The notes under the pieces were generated by a model. It was not told the DNA's origin. It searched no databases and saw only the letters and a program-made list of their open reading frames with translations. From contig OY782391.1 in the NCBI GenBank assembly GCA_963677745.1, positions 64,001-128,000 of the forward strand: 64,000 nucleotides of DNA. The letters are read 5' to 3'. Shown here one piece after another: positions 17,622 through 25,223 of this stretch. The position numbers and the translations under genes were made by a program. The DNA comes from Candidatus Altimarinota bacterium (lineage in GTDB: Bacteria > Patescibacteriota > Gracilibacteria > UBA1369). Positions within the stretch are counted from its first letter, which is position 1, and each line of letters begins with the position of its first letter.

Positions 17622-17791
17622 GGCATTAAAAGGGTTAAACCCTCGCGCGAGATCATTGTTTTTCTGTCCGATCTGGACAGGTGGTTTCGCAGCCTGAATT
17701 CGTTGATTTTTAAGATTGCATAGAACGCCTGTTTGGAGACGCCTAAATATTTTGCCGCCATTTCGGCGTCAAACCATCGTTTTGGTTTCAT
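17618..17791 (-). CDS. Excisionase-like HTH protein (57 aa)
   Basis: Manual translation MKPKRWFDAEMAAKYLGVSKQAFYAILK..., MerR/Xis-type HTH pattern. Confidence 0.65.
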   Translation of the reverse strand: MKPKRWFDAEMAAKYLGVSKQAFYAILKINEFRLRNHLSRSDRKTMISREGLTLLMP

Positions 17792-17801
17792 AAGTTTTGG
17801 A

Positions 17802-17999
17802 TTATTTTATTTTTTGTTTAGCGAGCCATTTAAGCGATTCCCTTGCGAGTTTTAACTTTTGTCGGTTGTTTTCGAGTGTTCGGGGATTGGGTCTGATCCC
17901 AACCTGGTAAATTTGCCATTCTAAATGCTCGATTCTTTCCTTTAAAAGATATTTTAAGAGTGCTTTTGGGTTGTCGATTGGCTTTGTTTTTGGTGTCAT
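17802..17999 (-). CDS. Hypothetical phage protein
   Basis: ORF in early operon. Confidence 0.45.
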   Translation of the reverse strand: MTPKTKPIDNPKALLKYLLKERIEHLEWQIYQVGIRPNPRTLENNRQKLKLARESLKWLAKQKIK

Positions 18000-18123
18000 T
18001 TTTTGTTTGATAAGAAAATTTGACGATTTGGGTTGGCGTGAGCCCGGTTTCAGCCTGAATGAAAAGGATCGGGGCGTTCTTTCTAAGCAAGTCGAAAAGA
18101 CGCTCCCGGGTTTCGGTGAGCAT
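17830..18123 (-). CDS. Hypothetical phage protein (long overlap with neighbour)
   Basis: Good ATG context; C-terminal half overlaps 17802-17999. Confidence 0.35.
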   Translation of the reverse strand: MLTETRERLFDLLRKNAPILFIQAETGLTPTQIVKFSYQTKNDTKNKANRQPKSTLKISFKGKNRAFRMANLPGWDQTQSPNTRKQPTKVKTRKGIA

Positions 18124-18344
18124 TTTGTTTTTTTGGTTATATGTTAATGAAAGGGGAGAAAAATTAACGGGGGAGGTCTGTCATGTTAATTGCGGCTAAC
18201 TTGTTTTTTCCAATTCTTTCTTGGCTTTTTCAAGATCATCGGCAAGATACCTCAACGCGAAAATGTGTTCGTCCAGGGAATCGCAAAACCGCTGGGCGTT
18301 AATCACGGTGGCCAATAACAATAAGAATTTTTGAGTGTTTTCGT

Positions 18345-18749
18345 TCATTTTTTTGGGGTTAATAAATCCGAGTTTTCGTATATGTTTCCGATAAGTTCAA
18401 TGTCATAATCATAAAACTCACCTGCCCTATCCCGATATGTCGAAAGGGGGAAATACAACACAGAATTGTTGAACGCCCAAGTGTATTGATTGTATTCAAT
18501 GGCAAGGACTTTCCATTCAAAGTCGGGTTCTCCATGCTTCCAGTTTTCTTTCAGATTGTTTATGCGAACAAGGTCGCCTTCAAAAATTTCTTTTCCGTTT
18601 TTGTCGGTCAGGCCGGTAAACTGCATATAAACACAGTCAATAGTCGGATCAACGGCCGGCCTGATTCTGATTGCCTGTTCAAGGGAAAAAGGCTCTCCCA
18701 TTGTTTTGTCTGCCTTATTCCAAGCTCTAAATTTTATCGTTCTGGTCAT
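18345..18749 (-). CDS. YopX family protein
   Basis: IKFRAW...MQFTGLTDKNGKEIFEGD...ELIGNIYEN. Confidence 0.95.
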   Translation of the reverse strand: MTRTIKFRAWNKADKTMGEPFSLEQAIRIRPAVDPTIDCVYMQFTGLTDKNGKEIFEGDLVRINNLKENWKHGEPDFEWKVLAIEYNQYTWAFNNSVLYFPLSTYRDRAGEFYDYDIELIGNIYENSDLLTPKK

Positions 18750-19044
18750 TGGTTGGTTGATTAATTGGTTTGATTTGGACTTCCAGATCTACAAGATATT
18801 TTTTTAGTAAAAAAATCGTTTTCGGATTCTGATAATCAAGCTGGTTGGCCTTGATCTGGTTACAGGTTTTGCATAGAAAGCGGAAGTTTTCGGCATCTTC
18901 GTAAACCGCGTCGATCTGCAGAAGTTGCCGCATTAATTGGACCGGGATAATATGATCGACTGTTTCAGCTTGGCGGCCGCATGGACAAAGATGGGTTTCC
19001 GCTTCTTGCTGCCAAAGAAACAGTTTGGAGTGTTTCTTTTTCAT
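18727..19044 (-). CDS. HNH endonuclease
   Basis: CPCG..TVDHIIP..N..LCKTCN..K. Confidence 0.85.
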   Translation of the reverse strand: MKKKHSKLFLWQQEAETHLCPCGRQAETVDHIIPVQLMRQLLQIDAVYEDAENFRFLCKTCNQIKANQLDYQNPKTIFLLKKYLVDLEVQIKPINQPTNDQNDKI

Positions 19045-19260
19045 TTATTTGTAGGTGTCAAGAATACCTTTTCTGATAGCTTCCCATTGTTCCTCGGTCA
19101 ATACCACGTCCAGCAGGCCAGTCGTAATTATCGGCTGGGGGATTTCAGCCATACCCTCTCTACGATTTGACCAATGGTTTTGGTGTTCCTCGTATTCTTG
19201 CCGCTGGGCATCGTATTTGGGATTATCTTCTTGTTTTGTGATTCGCAATTTGTAGTACAT
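19045..19260 (-). CDS. Hypothetical phage protein
   Basis: Abutting ORF in operon. Confidence 0.55.
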   Translation of the reverse strand: MYYKLRITKQEDNPKYDAQRQEYEEHQNHWSNRREGMAEIPQPIITTGLLDVVLTEEQWEAIRKGILDTYK

Positions 19261-19286
19261 ATTTTGGGGGTTAATTTGGATTATTT

Positions 19287-19796
19287 TTAATCGACTTTGA
19301 ACGTGTTCAAAATTTCCTCGGCTCTTTTTAAACTGTGCAGGTCGGATTGGAATTTTTCTATTGCCTGAGCTAAAACATTTTGAACAGAATCTCTTTGCAT
19401 AATTTTCTGGTGCGGCAATAGGGGGACTTTAGGCAGTTTTATGGAGCTGGGTTTGGGACCACTTCGGGGGTTAGGCAGTCCGGCTGCCTTACGTTTTGCC
19501 CACCAGGCTTTTTTTGCGGCCGCCTGCCTTTCCCTGGCGGACGTTGGGTTATCAGTTCCCATTTCCCCGGGATCCGATTCGTCAATAACATCGCTTTCAA
19601 ATTTAGCCTGTTGTCTCCGGGCTGGGGCAGTCATCATAAGGTATTGACGCCGGACCTCCATATAAAGGGATTTGTCGTCGGCCAGTTCACATTCAAGCGC
19701 ATCAAAGCTGGTCAGTCCGTCCAAAACACGTTTCGCGTGGTGTTTCGCTTTGTTTTCCCGTTCTTCGGACGCTCTTTCTTCTTCGTTTTTAGTCAT
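19287..19796 (-). CDS. Hypothetical basic phage protein
   Basis: RERQAAAKKAWWAKRK motif typical of small DNA-binding modules. Confidence 0.55.
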   Translation of the reverse strand: MTKNEEERASEERENKAKHHAKRVLDGLTSFDALECELADDKSLYMEVRRQYLMMTAPARRQQAKFESDVIDESDPGEMGTDNPTSARERQAAAKKAWWAKRKAAGLPNPRSGPKPSSIKLPKVPLLPHQKIMQRDSVQNVLAQAIEKFQSDLHSLKRAEEILNTFKVD

Positions 19797-20067
19797 TGTT
19801 TATTTCGTTAAAAGTTGGACTTCGGTCGGTGTCGGCATAGGGCTCGATCAGTTTATAGGCCGCATCGATCCGGCCCCGGGCATGAGCTGTAACGTCGTTA
19901 ATTTCCTTAAATAAAACGACCTCGCCCGATTCCAGCCGGCAGATAAGCTCTTTTGTGCAGGTCAGGGTTTGGGCCAGTTCGTCCTTGGCGTCCTGGTTGT
20001 TTGTTTGGTCAAACAGTTCTTGAGCTTCCGCATGGTGAGCATAAAGGCTGTCTAAAGGGTTTTTCAT
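19789..20067 (-). CDS. Hypothetical phage protein
   Basis: ATGA-coupled ORF. Confidence 0.55.
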   Translation of the reverse strand: MKNPLDSLYAHHAEAQELFDQTNNQDAKDELAQTLTCTKELICRLESGEVVLFKEINDVTAHARGRIDAAYKLIEPYADTDRSPTFNEINND

Positions 20068-20276
20068 GGTTTTATTAGTGAATGAATTATGCGACGAAAC
20101 CAATTTCCCGGGAGGGGCTTTCCTTTTAAAAGGCCGACGGCTGTTTTTGTTCGCCTGATTGCCGCAACTCGGACCGTTGACCTGGTGGATTTTAGAGCCT
20201 TCCGATATTTGTTTCGTTTTGTAGGATCCTTTGGGGTTTTGATAAATCGAGCCCCTTTATTTTGGGTTGTTTTCAT
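20064..20276 (-). CDS. Hypothetical basic protein
   Basis: ATGA-coupled on both sides. Confidence 0.45.
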   Translation of the reverse strand: MKTTQNKGARFIKTPKDPTKRNKYRKALKSTRSTVRVAAIRRTKTAVGLLKGKPLPGNWFRRIIHSLIKP

Positions 20277-20521
20277 CTTAGGTTTTTAAGTGTTTCATTA
20301 AGCAAGTAACGGATCAGGTCAATTTCGCTTTCTATGCGATAACCTTCATAGGAAGCGGCCTCAGCGGTGGCCAAAACGTCCCGGGCTCTTTCAAGCCGGC
20401 ATTCATTATCGTGCCGAAGCCGGCCGGCCGGTTGTTCCTCGATGATGTCCTGGACCCGGGCAATTTCTTGTCTCGCTTCCTCCAATTCGGGTTTGATAAA
20501 GGATAGGGATAATTGGGTCAT
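20273..20521 (-). CDS. Hypothetical phage protein
   Basis: ATGA-coupled ORF. Confidence 0.55.
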   Translation of the reverse strand: MTQLSLSFIKPELEEARQEIARVQDIIEEQPAGRLRHDNECRLERARDVLATAEAASYEGYRIESEIDLIRYLLNETLKNLR

Positions 20522-20715
20522 TCTTCTGGTTTGTAACAGTATAAAAAGCCGTAGTCGTTGGTTGCCGTCTTGCCACCTATTTCCTTGCAGTTAGAAAGTT
20601 CTGCAAGGTTTAATTGATGTCGTTTGGCTTGTAATTCCTCCCTTGTTTCGAGAGTTGAGCAGCCAAAAAGAAAAAGGGCCGTTGCCGCTAAAAGAAAAAT
20701 TACTTTTTTGGGCAT
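20518..20715 (-). CDS. Small lipoprotein
   Basis: MPKKVIFLLAATALFLFGC lipobox; two further Cys. Confidence 0.7.
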   Translation of the reverse strand: MPKKVIFLLAATALFLFGCSTLETREELQAKRHQLNLAELSNCKEIGGKTATNDYGFLYCYKPEE

Positions 20716-20883
20716 TTGATTGGCTTAATTTTTAAGTGAGCAAGGCGGTAGCCGGCGAGCGGCCAGTTGTGTTTCTCAGTTAGGGCAAGCCTGCGTGAAA
20801 GGAAAACGTCAGTCGGTATTCCATTAGGTAAAATTAAAAACCAAAGATGCCATTGTTTAACTTTTTTCATAAATTTTGTTTGT

Positions 20884-21222
20884 TTAAGAATATTGTTTGA
20901 TAATTTCGATAGCTTCGTCTGCCCCGTAGCAAATATGGGCGGCCACGTTGTCGCATTTATTCAGATCGTCGATCCATATTTGTTGGGTGTCGCTGACTTT
21001 GCTTTGTTTTCGTCGTTTCATTTCAATAAAAACAAGACTGTCTTTGACAATCACCAGTAAATCGGGCAGTCCGGGGCGTAAGCCCTGCCGATAGTTTTTA
21101 GCCTTTTGGGCGTTGCTGGTGGTGTAGGTTGAATTGGGGATCGCGGTAAACTTAAACCCGTTATATTCCAGCCATTCGACAAACGCTGCCTGTTCCTCGG
21201 CCTCTTTTGGTGTTTCATTCAT
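20884..21222 (-). CDS. VRR-NUC domain nuclease
   Basis: E..EQ...IPN...GLRPGLPDL...FIEMKR...Q..W. Confidence 0.9.
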   Translation of the reverse strand: MNETPKEAEEQAAFVEWLEYNGFKFTAIPNSTYTTSNAQKAKNYRQGLRPGLPDLLVIVKDSLVFIEMKRRKQSKVSDTQQIWIDDLNKCDNVAAHICYGADEAIEIIKQYS

Positions 21223-21503
21223 GGCCGGAGGGTTAGAATGTCTGGAAAAAGATCATAAAGTTTTCTTGCCTGGACAACCGATTGTCGAGCTGCCTTTTTT
21301 TTGTGTAATTTTGCATGGCATTTAGAGCAGCAAATTAAAAGGTTGTCTTTATGATTCAAATTCGGGTGTTTGGGGGCTTCGGAGCGGAAAACAATATGAT
21401 GGACTTCCCAAAAGAATGTCCGGCTTGTTCCGCACATCTGGCAGCTTAGAAACCCCTGTTGATCGATCAGTTCTTTCTTGGCTTCCGCTGCCGTTTCTAG
21501 CAT
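21219..21503 (-). CDS. HNH endonuclease
   Basis: CQMCG..EVHHI..NL..CCSKCHAKLH. Confidence 0.85.
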   Translation of the reverse strand: MLETAAEAKKELIDQQGFLSCQMCGTSRTFFWEVHHIVFRSEAPKHPNLNHKDNLLICCSKCHAKLHKKKAARQSVVQARKLYDLFPDILTLRP

Positions 21504-21682
21504 TGGTCGAGCGGTTTAATTGTGACCTCGAAATGCATATTTTCCGGGTAGGCTTCCAACCCGATCACCTGGGCAAACAAAGCGCGCTCGACTTCCATTT
21601 CGACGCCTATCTGGCCCCGGTTTTTTAGGGATTTGTTGTTCTTAACCAACACCTCGTTGGTGATAAATTTAATTTCTTGCAT
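21497..21682 (-). CDS. Hypothetical phage protein
   Basis: ORF in operon. Confidence 0.5.
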   Translation of the reverse strand: MQEIKFITNEVLVKNNKSLKNRGQIGVEMEVERALFAQVIGLEAYPENMHFEVTIKPLDQC

Positions 21683-21694
21683 TGAAAATTTTTG

Positions 21695-21973
21695 TTATGT
21701 GTTAATTTTTGGGTAAATCTGCCTTATGCCGCATGATTCGATACACCAAATCACTTGGGCGTTGATCTTTTCAGCGGTGCGGATTGCCTCGTTTTCATAA
21801 TGAGATTCAAAAACGATTTGTCCGTCCTTCCGCACCTGGTATGAATTGGCCTCAAGGTCGGCCTGGTCGCGCTTTTTTTGTGATTCCTCCCAGATTTTCC
21901 GTTCCTGTTTGTCTTTCAGGCTTTCGGCTTCTGCGCCCTGCCATTGCTCAAACTTTTGTGTTTTTTTGGTCAT
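21695..21973 (-). CDS. Hypothetical phage protein
   Basis: ORF in operon. Confidence 0.5.
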   Translation of the reverse strand: MTKKTQKFEQWQGAEAESLKDKQERKIWEESQKKRDQADLEANSYQVRKDGQIVFESHYENEAIRTAEKINAQVIWCIESCGIRQIYPKINT

Positions 21974-22130
21974 CAAGTTGTTGTTATTGGTGGATCCTCG
22001 GAAAGTAGTCCTTTACTTTTCAGGTATGCAATATGGGGGGAGGGCTTGGCCGGGACATAACGGCAGTTCCCCATTTTCTTTGCATTTTTCGCCCTCCGCC
22101 TATCTGCTCTATTTGTCATCAATTATTTGG

Positions 22131-22352
22131 TTAAAGTGTTTTTTGAGCGACGTTCGGGACGGGGCAGCTTGAGCCGGAGCAGGGGAGATTCAATTGTCCG
22201 TCAAACGTGACGTGTCCACGGACCTGACGGGCGAAACAATAGGTCAGCGGCAAACCCTCGTTATGCGCCTGGACAAAGTCCCAGCCGCAAGGTGCGGAGG
22301 CGTTACCGAGCCAGAAAAGAGCGACGAACATGGAAGCGATTAGTTTTTTCAT
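22131..22352 (-). CDS. Small secreted Cys-containing protein
   Basis: Signal peptide MKKLIASMFVALFWLGNASA; four Cys in mature part. Confidence 0.6.
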   Translation of the reverse strand: MKKLIASMFVALFWLGNASAPCGWDFVQAHNEGLPLTYCFARQVRGHVTFDGQLNLPCSGSSCPVPNVAQKTL

Positions 22353-22377
22353 TTTGATTGGGTTAATGAAATAAAAA

Positions 22378-22560
22378 CTATTCACGAAATTTAATGCCCC
22401 AAATAAAAACTGTAATTGAGGCGGCGGCGAGCAGGGTCGCCAGTAGTGCGAAGCCAAACAGGGCAGCGGAAATTGTGTAAGTGATAAACATTAAGTAAGC
22501 TCCCCAAACGCAATTAAATAAAAGCAGGGAAAGCGTGCATGAGTGGATAGCGAATTTCAT
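22378..22560 (-). CDS. Small two-TM protein
   Basis: Nearly entirely hydrophobic 60 aa. Confidence 0.55.
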   Translation of the reverse strand: MKFAIHSCTLSLLLFNCVWGAYLMFITYTISAALFGFALLATLLAAASITVFIWGIKFRE

Positions 22561-22642
22561 TTTGTTTTGGTTATTAATTAAGACGCCCGGGGCTGGCCCG
22601 GGTCGGGTAGGGCTGGTCAAGCCCCTTTGATTACGGTTGAAA

Positions 22643-23176
22643 CTACGGGAACAAAATCATGTTTTTTACTTTCGCGCGCCGGTTATAGCCGCAAAACTTC
22701 TTTTTTCCGCATGAAGTCGTCCAGTCTGGCTGGTTATAGACTTTCCAATGATATTCAGCGATTTCTTTAATCGAGATTTCCTTTTTCAGGATCCGGGCGA
22801 TCATTTCCTTATGGTAATAAGAATTCAGCCCGAAAGAATAATCCCAGCTCCCGTCCCGGTTGCGGTTCGGGTGTTTGATAAACGGGTCGAAACTTCCGTT
22901 TTCCGCTGCCATTGTCAGGATAAAGTCTTTATCTCCGCCGGAGACTTCCCAGAATATTCGGAGGGCATCTTGGGCAATCGCTCCTTTCCAGCTTCGGAAT
23001 ACTGGAAAGTTATTAACTGGGTTATCGTCTCCGATAAGGCCAACAGCTCCTTTATCAGGTTGTAGTGCGCCCGGAGCGTTCGCCAAATCATCACTTGCCC
23101 CGTCCCCAGGCAAAGAATCGCCAGGGCGAGAAATGACAGCAGAATTTCCATCGGAAGAGGGGTTAAAGTTTAACAT
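22643..23176 (-). CDS. Lysozyme/lytic-transglycosylase-like domain protein (probably C-terminal part of a frameshift fusion)
   Basis: TMAAENG...NRDGSWDYSFGLN resembles the SLT catalytic-Glu and NxxGSxDxG..N motifs. Confidence 0.5.
   Translation of the reverse strand: MLNFNPSSDGNSAVISRPGDSLPGDGASDDLANAPGALQPDKGAVGLIGDDNPVNNFPVFRSWKGAIAQDALRIFWEVSGGDKDFILTMAAENGSFDPFIKHPNRNRDGSWDYSFGLNSYYHKEMIARILKKEISIKEIAEYHWKVYNQPDWTTSCGKKKFCGYNRRAKVKNMILFP
22915..23151 (-). CDS. Possible overprinted membrane protein
   Basis: MEILLSFLALAILCLGTG hydrophobic N-terminus nested in the linker of 22643-23176. Confidence 0.35.
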   Translation of the reverse strand: MEILLSFLALAILCLGTGQVMIWRTLRAHYNLIKELLALSETITQLITFQYSEAGKERLPKMPSEYSGKSPAEIKTLS

Positions 23177-23205
23177 GCCGGTTTTCGGCTTAGCCGGCGT
23201 GCCGG

Positions 23206-23523
23206 TTAAAAAGAACAGTCCTGGTCCCGTTTCTTGGCCAGATCGTTTCTGTCGATGTTTTCAAGTTTCACCCCGTTCATATCATCTTCGAGTTTAAGAG
23301 AAGCTAAATTTTTTATTAATTCGCATCTTTTAACAGCGGTTTCATGCTCGAAATTTTCGAGGATTAACTGAGCAGCAGGGGATTGGGCCTGATAATTGTC
23401 TTTCGCCTGGACATCAGGTTGAGATATCCAAATATAAGCGCAGAAAGCCAGGACGACGATTGCCGTCAGTCCGATTACATTTTGCTTAATAGATAAGCCG
23501 TTTTTTGTTTTTTCAGTATTCAT
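23206..23523 (-). CDS. N-terminally membrane-anchored protein
   Basis: TM VIGLTAIVVLAFCAYIWI; ends TTT-TAA before a GC-rich structure. Confidence 0.65.
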   Translation of the reverse strand: MNTEKTKNGLSIKQNVIGLTAIVVLAFCAYIWISQPDVQAKDNYQAQSPAAQLILENFEHETAVKRCELIKNLASLKLEDDMNGVKLENIDRNDLAKKRDQDCSF

Positions 23524-23527
23524 TGTT

Positions 23528-23710
23528 TTATTTTTTAGTGGTTAATTTCCTTGCTGCTCTGTTGCAGCGATCGCAGCCGCTAACTTGCCAAGGTTCGTAA
23601 ACCTTTTCCCCACAATAGCGACATTCGTAGGGGGACATTGATAGGCGGCATTCAAAGCATTTGGTTTCCCAAATTCTTAAAGAATTGCCGCATTTACAGG
23701 TTCTAATCAT
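23528..23710 (-). CDS. Cys-rich zinc-finger protein
   Basis: CKC, CFEC, CRYC, CDRC. Confidence 0.6.
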   Translation of the reverse strand: MIRTCKCGNSLRIWETKCFECRLSMSPYECRYCGEKVYEPWQVSGCDRCNRAARKLTTKK

Positions 23711-23901
23711 GGCAAATTGAATTATGTTGCCTGACGTTGTTCTGGATCTGGTTTAGGGATTCGACCTGATGGACAAGCCGGAAAACCTGTTCAAAGTCCA
23801 GGGGATTGGTAATGTCGGCCAAATTTGATTTGACCTTTTGTTGATCTTGCATGATAATTGTTGGTGAATGAATGATTAAGGCCGTTTGCAGACGGTCTTT
23901 T

Positions 23902-24057
23902 TTAGTGCGCCATCGCTGGCGCGTGGTATTTGCAAAGCATTTCGCGACCCTGATCTTCGCCGTCGTCATCGTAAATGACGGCTTCGGTGACAGCGTGATT
24001 TTTGCAATTGGGAAAGTCGCAGGCGACATAGTCGCCGGCATCTTGTAATTTGTGCAT
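23902..24057 (-). CDS. Small zinc-finger-like protein (51 aa)
   Basis: Manual translation MHKLQDAGDYVACDFPNC...LCKYH. Confidence 0.5.
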   Translation of the reverse strand: MHKLQDAGDYVACDFPNCKNHAVTEAVIYDDDGEDQGREMLCKYHAPAMAH

Positions 24058-24060
24058 AAT

Positions 24061-24732
24061 TTAGAAGTTAGGAGGTGAAATATCGCGGTCCGGGACGACA
24101 ATGTCGTTTAACCAAAGTTCTTTATCGGTTGCGGATCCGTCTTTTGGAGCGCGGTAATAAACCCTATCGCCGTTCTTAACTACTGCATACCAGGATCGGC
24201 CCTCAAAAGCCCCGGTTACCATATCGTTACCGTCTTTGTCCTTGCCCTGGTAAGTCCAGTATTTATTCTTTCCTTCCCGGGCCTGTTTTGCGGCTCTAGT
24301 AGGGGAATTGCCGTCCTCTTTTTGGTCATCTTTCTGGGTGTTTTTCCAGACATCTTTGCCTATTTCCAGATAGGAGCCAATCTTGGTGAGGGCATCGGTC
24401 ATGGCCCCTTTCAGGGCGTCGCCCTTGTCCTCGTTGTCGTTTCCACCAAACTGTTCAAGCTCGATGTCATATTCTTGGACGGTAAAAGTTGCCTTGACAG
24501 TAAGCATTCGGGAAACTTTTTGCTCACCTTGTTTTGTCGTATATTCGCGATTTTCCTCGCCCAAACATTCGGCCTTTAATTTCCAGCCGCCTATTCCAAA
24601 CACTTGGTTTAGACGTTCGGTTACATAGATGGCGTTAATTGAGGAAAGGTGTCGTTTGGTCGGGTGCGGTTTGATTGCTTCGGGCGGTAAAGGCTCTCGA
24701 AGCATCGCCGCCAGATTTTCAGGTAGTTTCAT
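24061..24732 (-). CDS. Rad52/Sak-family single-strand annealing protein
   Basis: LREPLP..I..LSSI...YVTERLNQVFG.GGW...KGAMTDAL.K. Confidence 0.8.
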   Translation of the reverse strand: MKLPENLAAMLREPLPPEAIKPHPTKRHLSSINAIYVTERLNQVFGIGGWKLKAECLGEENREYTTKQGEQKVSRMLTVKATFTVQEYDIELEQFGGNDNEDKGDALKGAMTDALTKIGSYLEIGKDVWKNTQKDDQKEDGNSPTRAAKQAREGKNKYWTYQGKDKDGNDMVTGAFEGRSWYAVVKNGDRVYYRAPKDGSATDKELWLNDIVVPDRDISPPNF

Positions 24733-24800
24733 TGGATTAATTGGTTACAGAAAAAGACCTGTCATTGAGGCAGGGGCAATTTCTTTCGTTTATAGAGGCT

Positions 24801-25049
24801 TTACGCCTTTTTTGTGTAGCGATTCCCAGTCTTGCGATTAGGGAAGCTATAACGGGATTTGCGTTTAAAAGCGTCCATTTTGGCTAACAGTTCAGGCGCA
24901 AACCTTGCAGCGAGCGTATAATTTAGAAGCTCGGTAATGGTGGTCTGATCTTGGACAGCCTTTTTTTTCATAGAATCAATAATCGACCTATGAATTCGGA
25001 ATCGACTTTCTTTCGCGTCCTCCCGTGGGAACAGTCCGATTATTGGCAT
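24801..25049 (-). CDS. Ribbon-helix-helix regulator (putative)
   Basis: SRFRIHRSIIDSMKKKAVQDQTTITELLNYTL; first gene of the early operon. Confidence 0.55.
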   Translation of the reverse strand: MPIIGLFPREDAKESRFRIHRSIIDSMKKKAVQDQTTITELLNYTLAARFAPELLAKMDAFKRKSRYSFPNRKTGNRYTKKA

Positions 25050-25075
25050 AAGAGATGGAAATTAATTTGTTGGTA

Positions 25076-25127
25076 TTGACCGCATGGCGGCTGCGGAATA
25101 TAATATCACCGTATTTGATCTTTGCAA
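25076..25127. promoter_or_regulatory. Overlapping opposed sigma70-type promoters
   Basis: + strand TTGACC-17-TATAAT (25076-25104); - strand TTGCAA-16-TATTAT with extended TG (25127-25100). Confidence 0.6.
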
Positions 25128-25153
25128 TCCAGGGATTCCCAGACTTCTCTAGC

Positions 25154-25181
25154 ATTTCGCACAAGATACATTGTGCAAAAT
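25154..25181. other. dif-like Xer recombination site / prophage attachment junction
   Basis: ATTTCGCACAA-GATACA-TTGTGCAAAAT: 11-6-11 layout, arms inverted with one mismatch; reverse complement matches E. coli dif at 19/28 by my count; sits at the phage/host boundary. Confidence 0.8.
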
Positions 25182-25223
25182 AAACATATATTCAAAAGTT
25201 ACTGTTCCCCGTTAATTATCGTC

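Larger units (their letters stand above)
1..25181. mobile_element. Prophage (podovirus-like tailed phage), right part; left end outside window
   Basis: Contiguous virion, ejection, lysis, recombinase, YopX, HNH, VRR-NUC and Rad52 genes; no tape-measure gene; ends at a dif-like site, after which housekeeping genes begin. Confidence 0.9.

Noticed and set aside
23703-24101. 132-aa ORF from the track as a single gene
   Set aside because: Better explained by a 51-aa zinc-finger ORF (23902-24057) plus a short ORF starting MQDQQ near 23852
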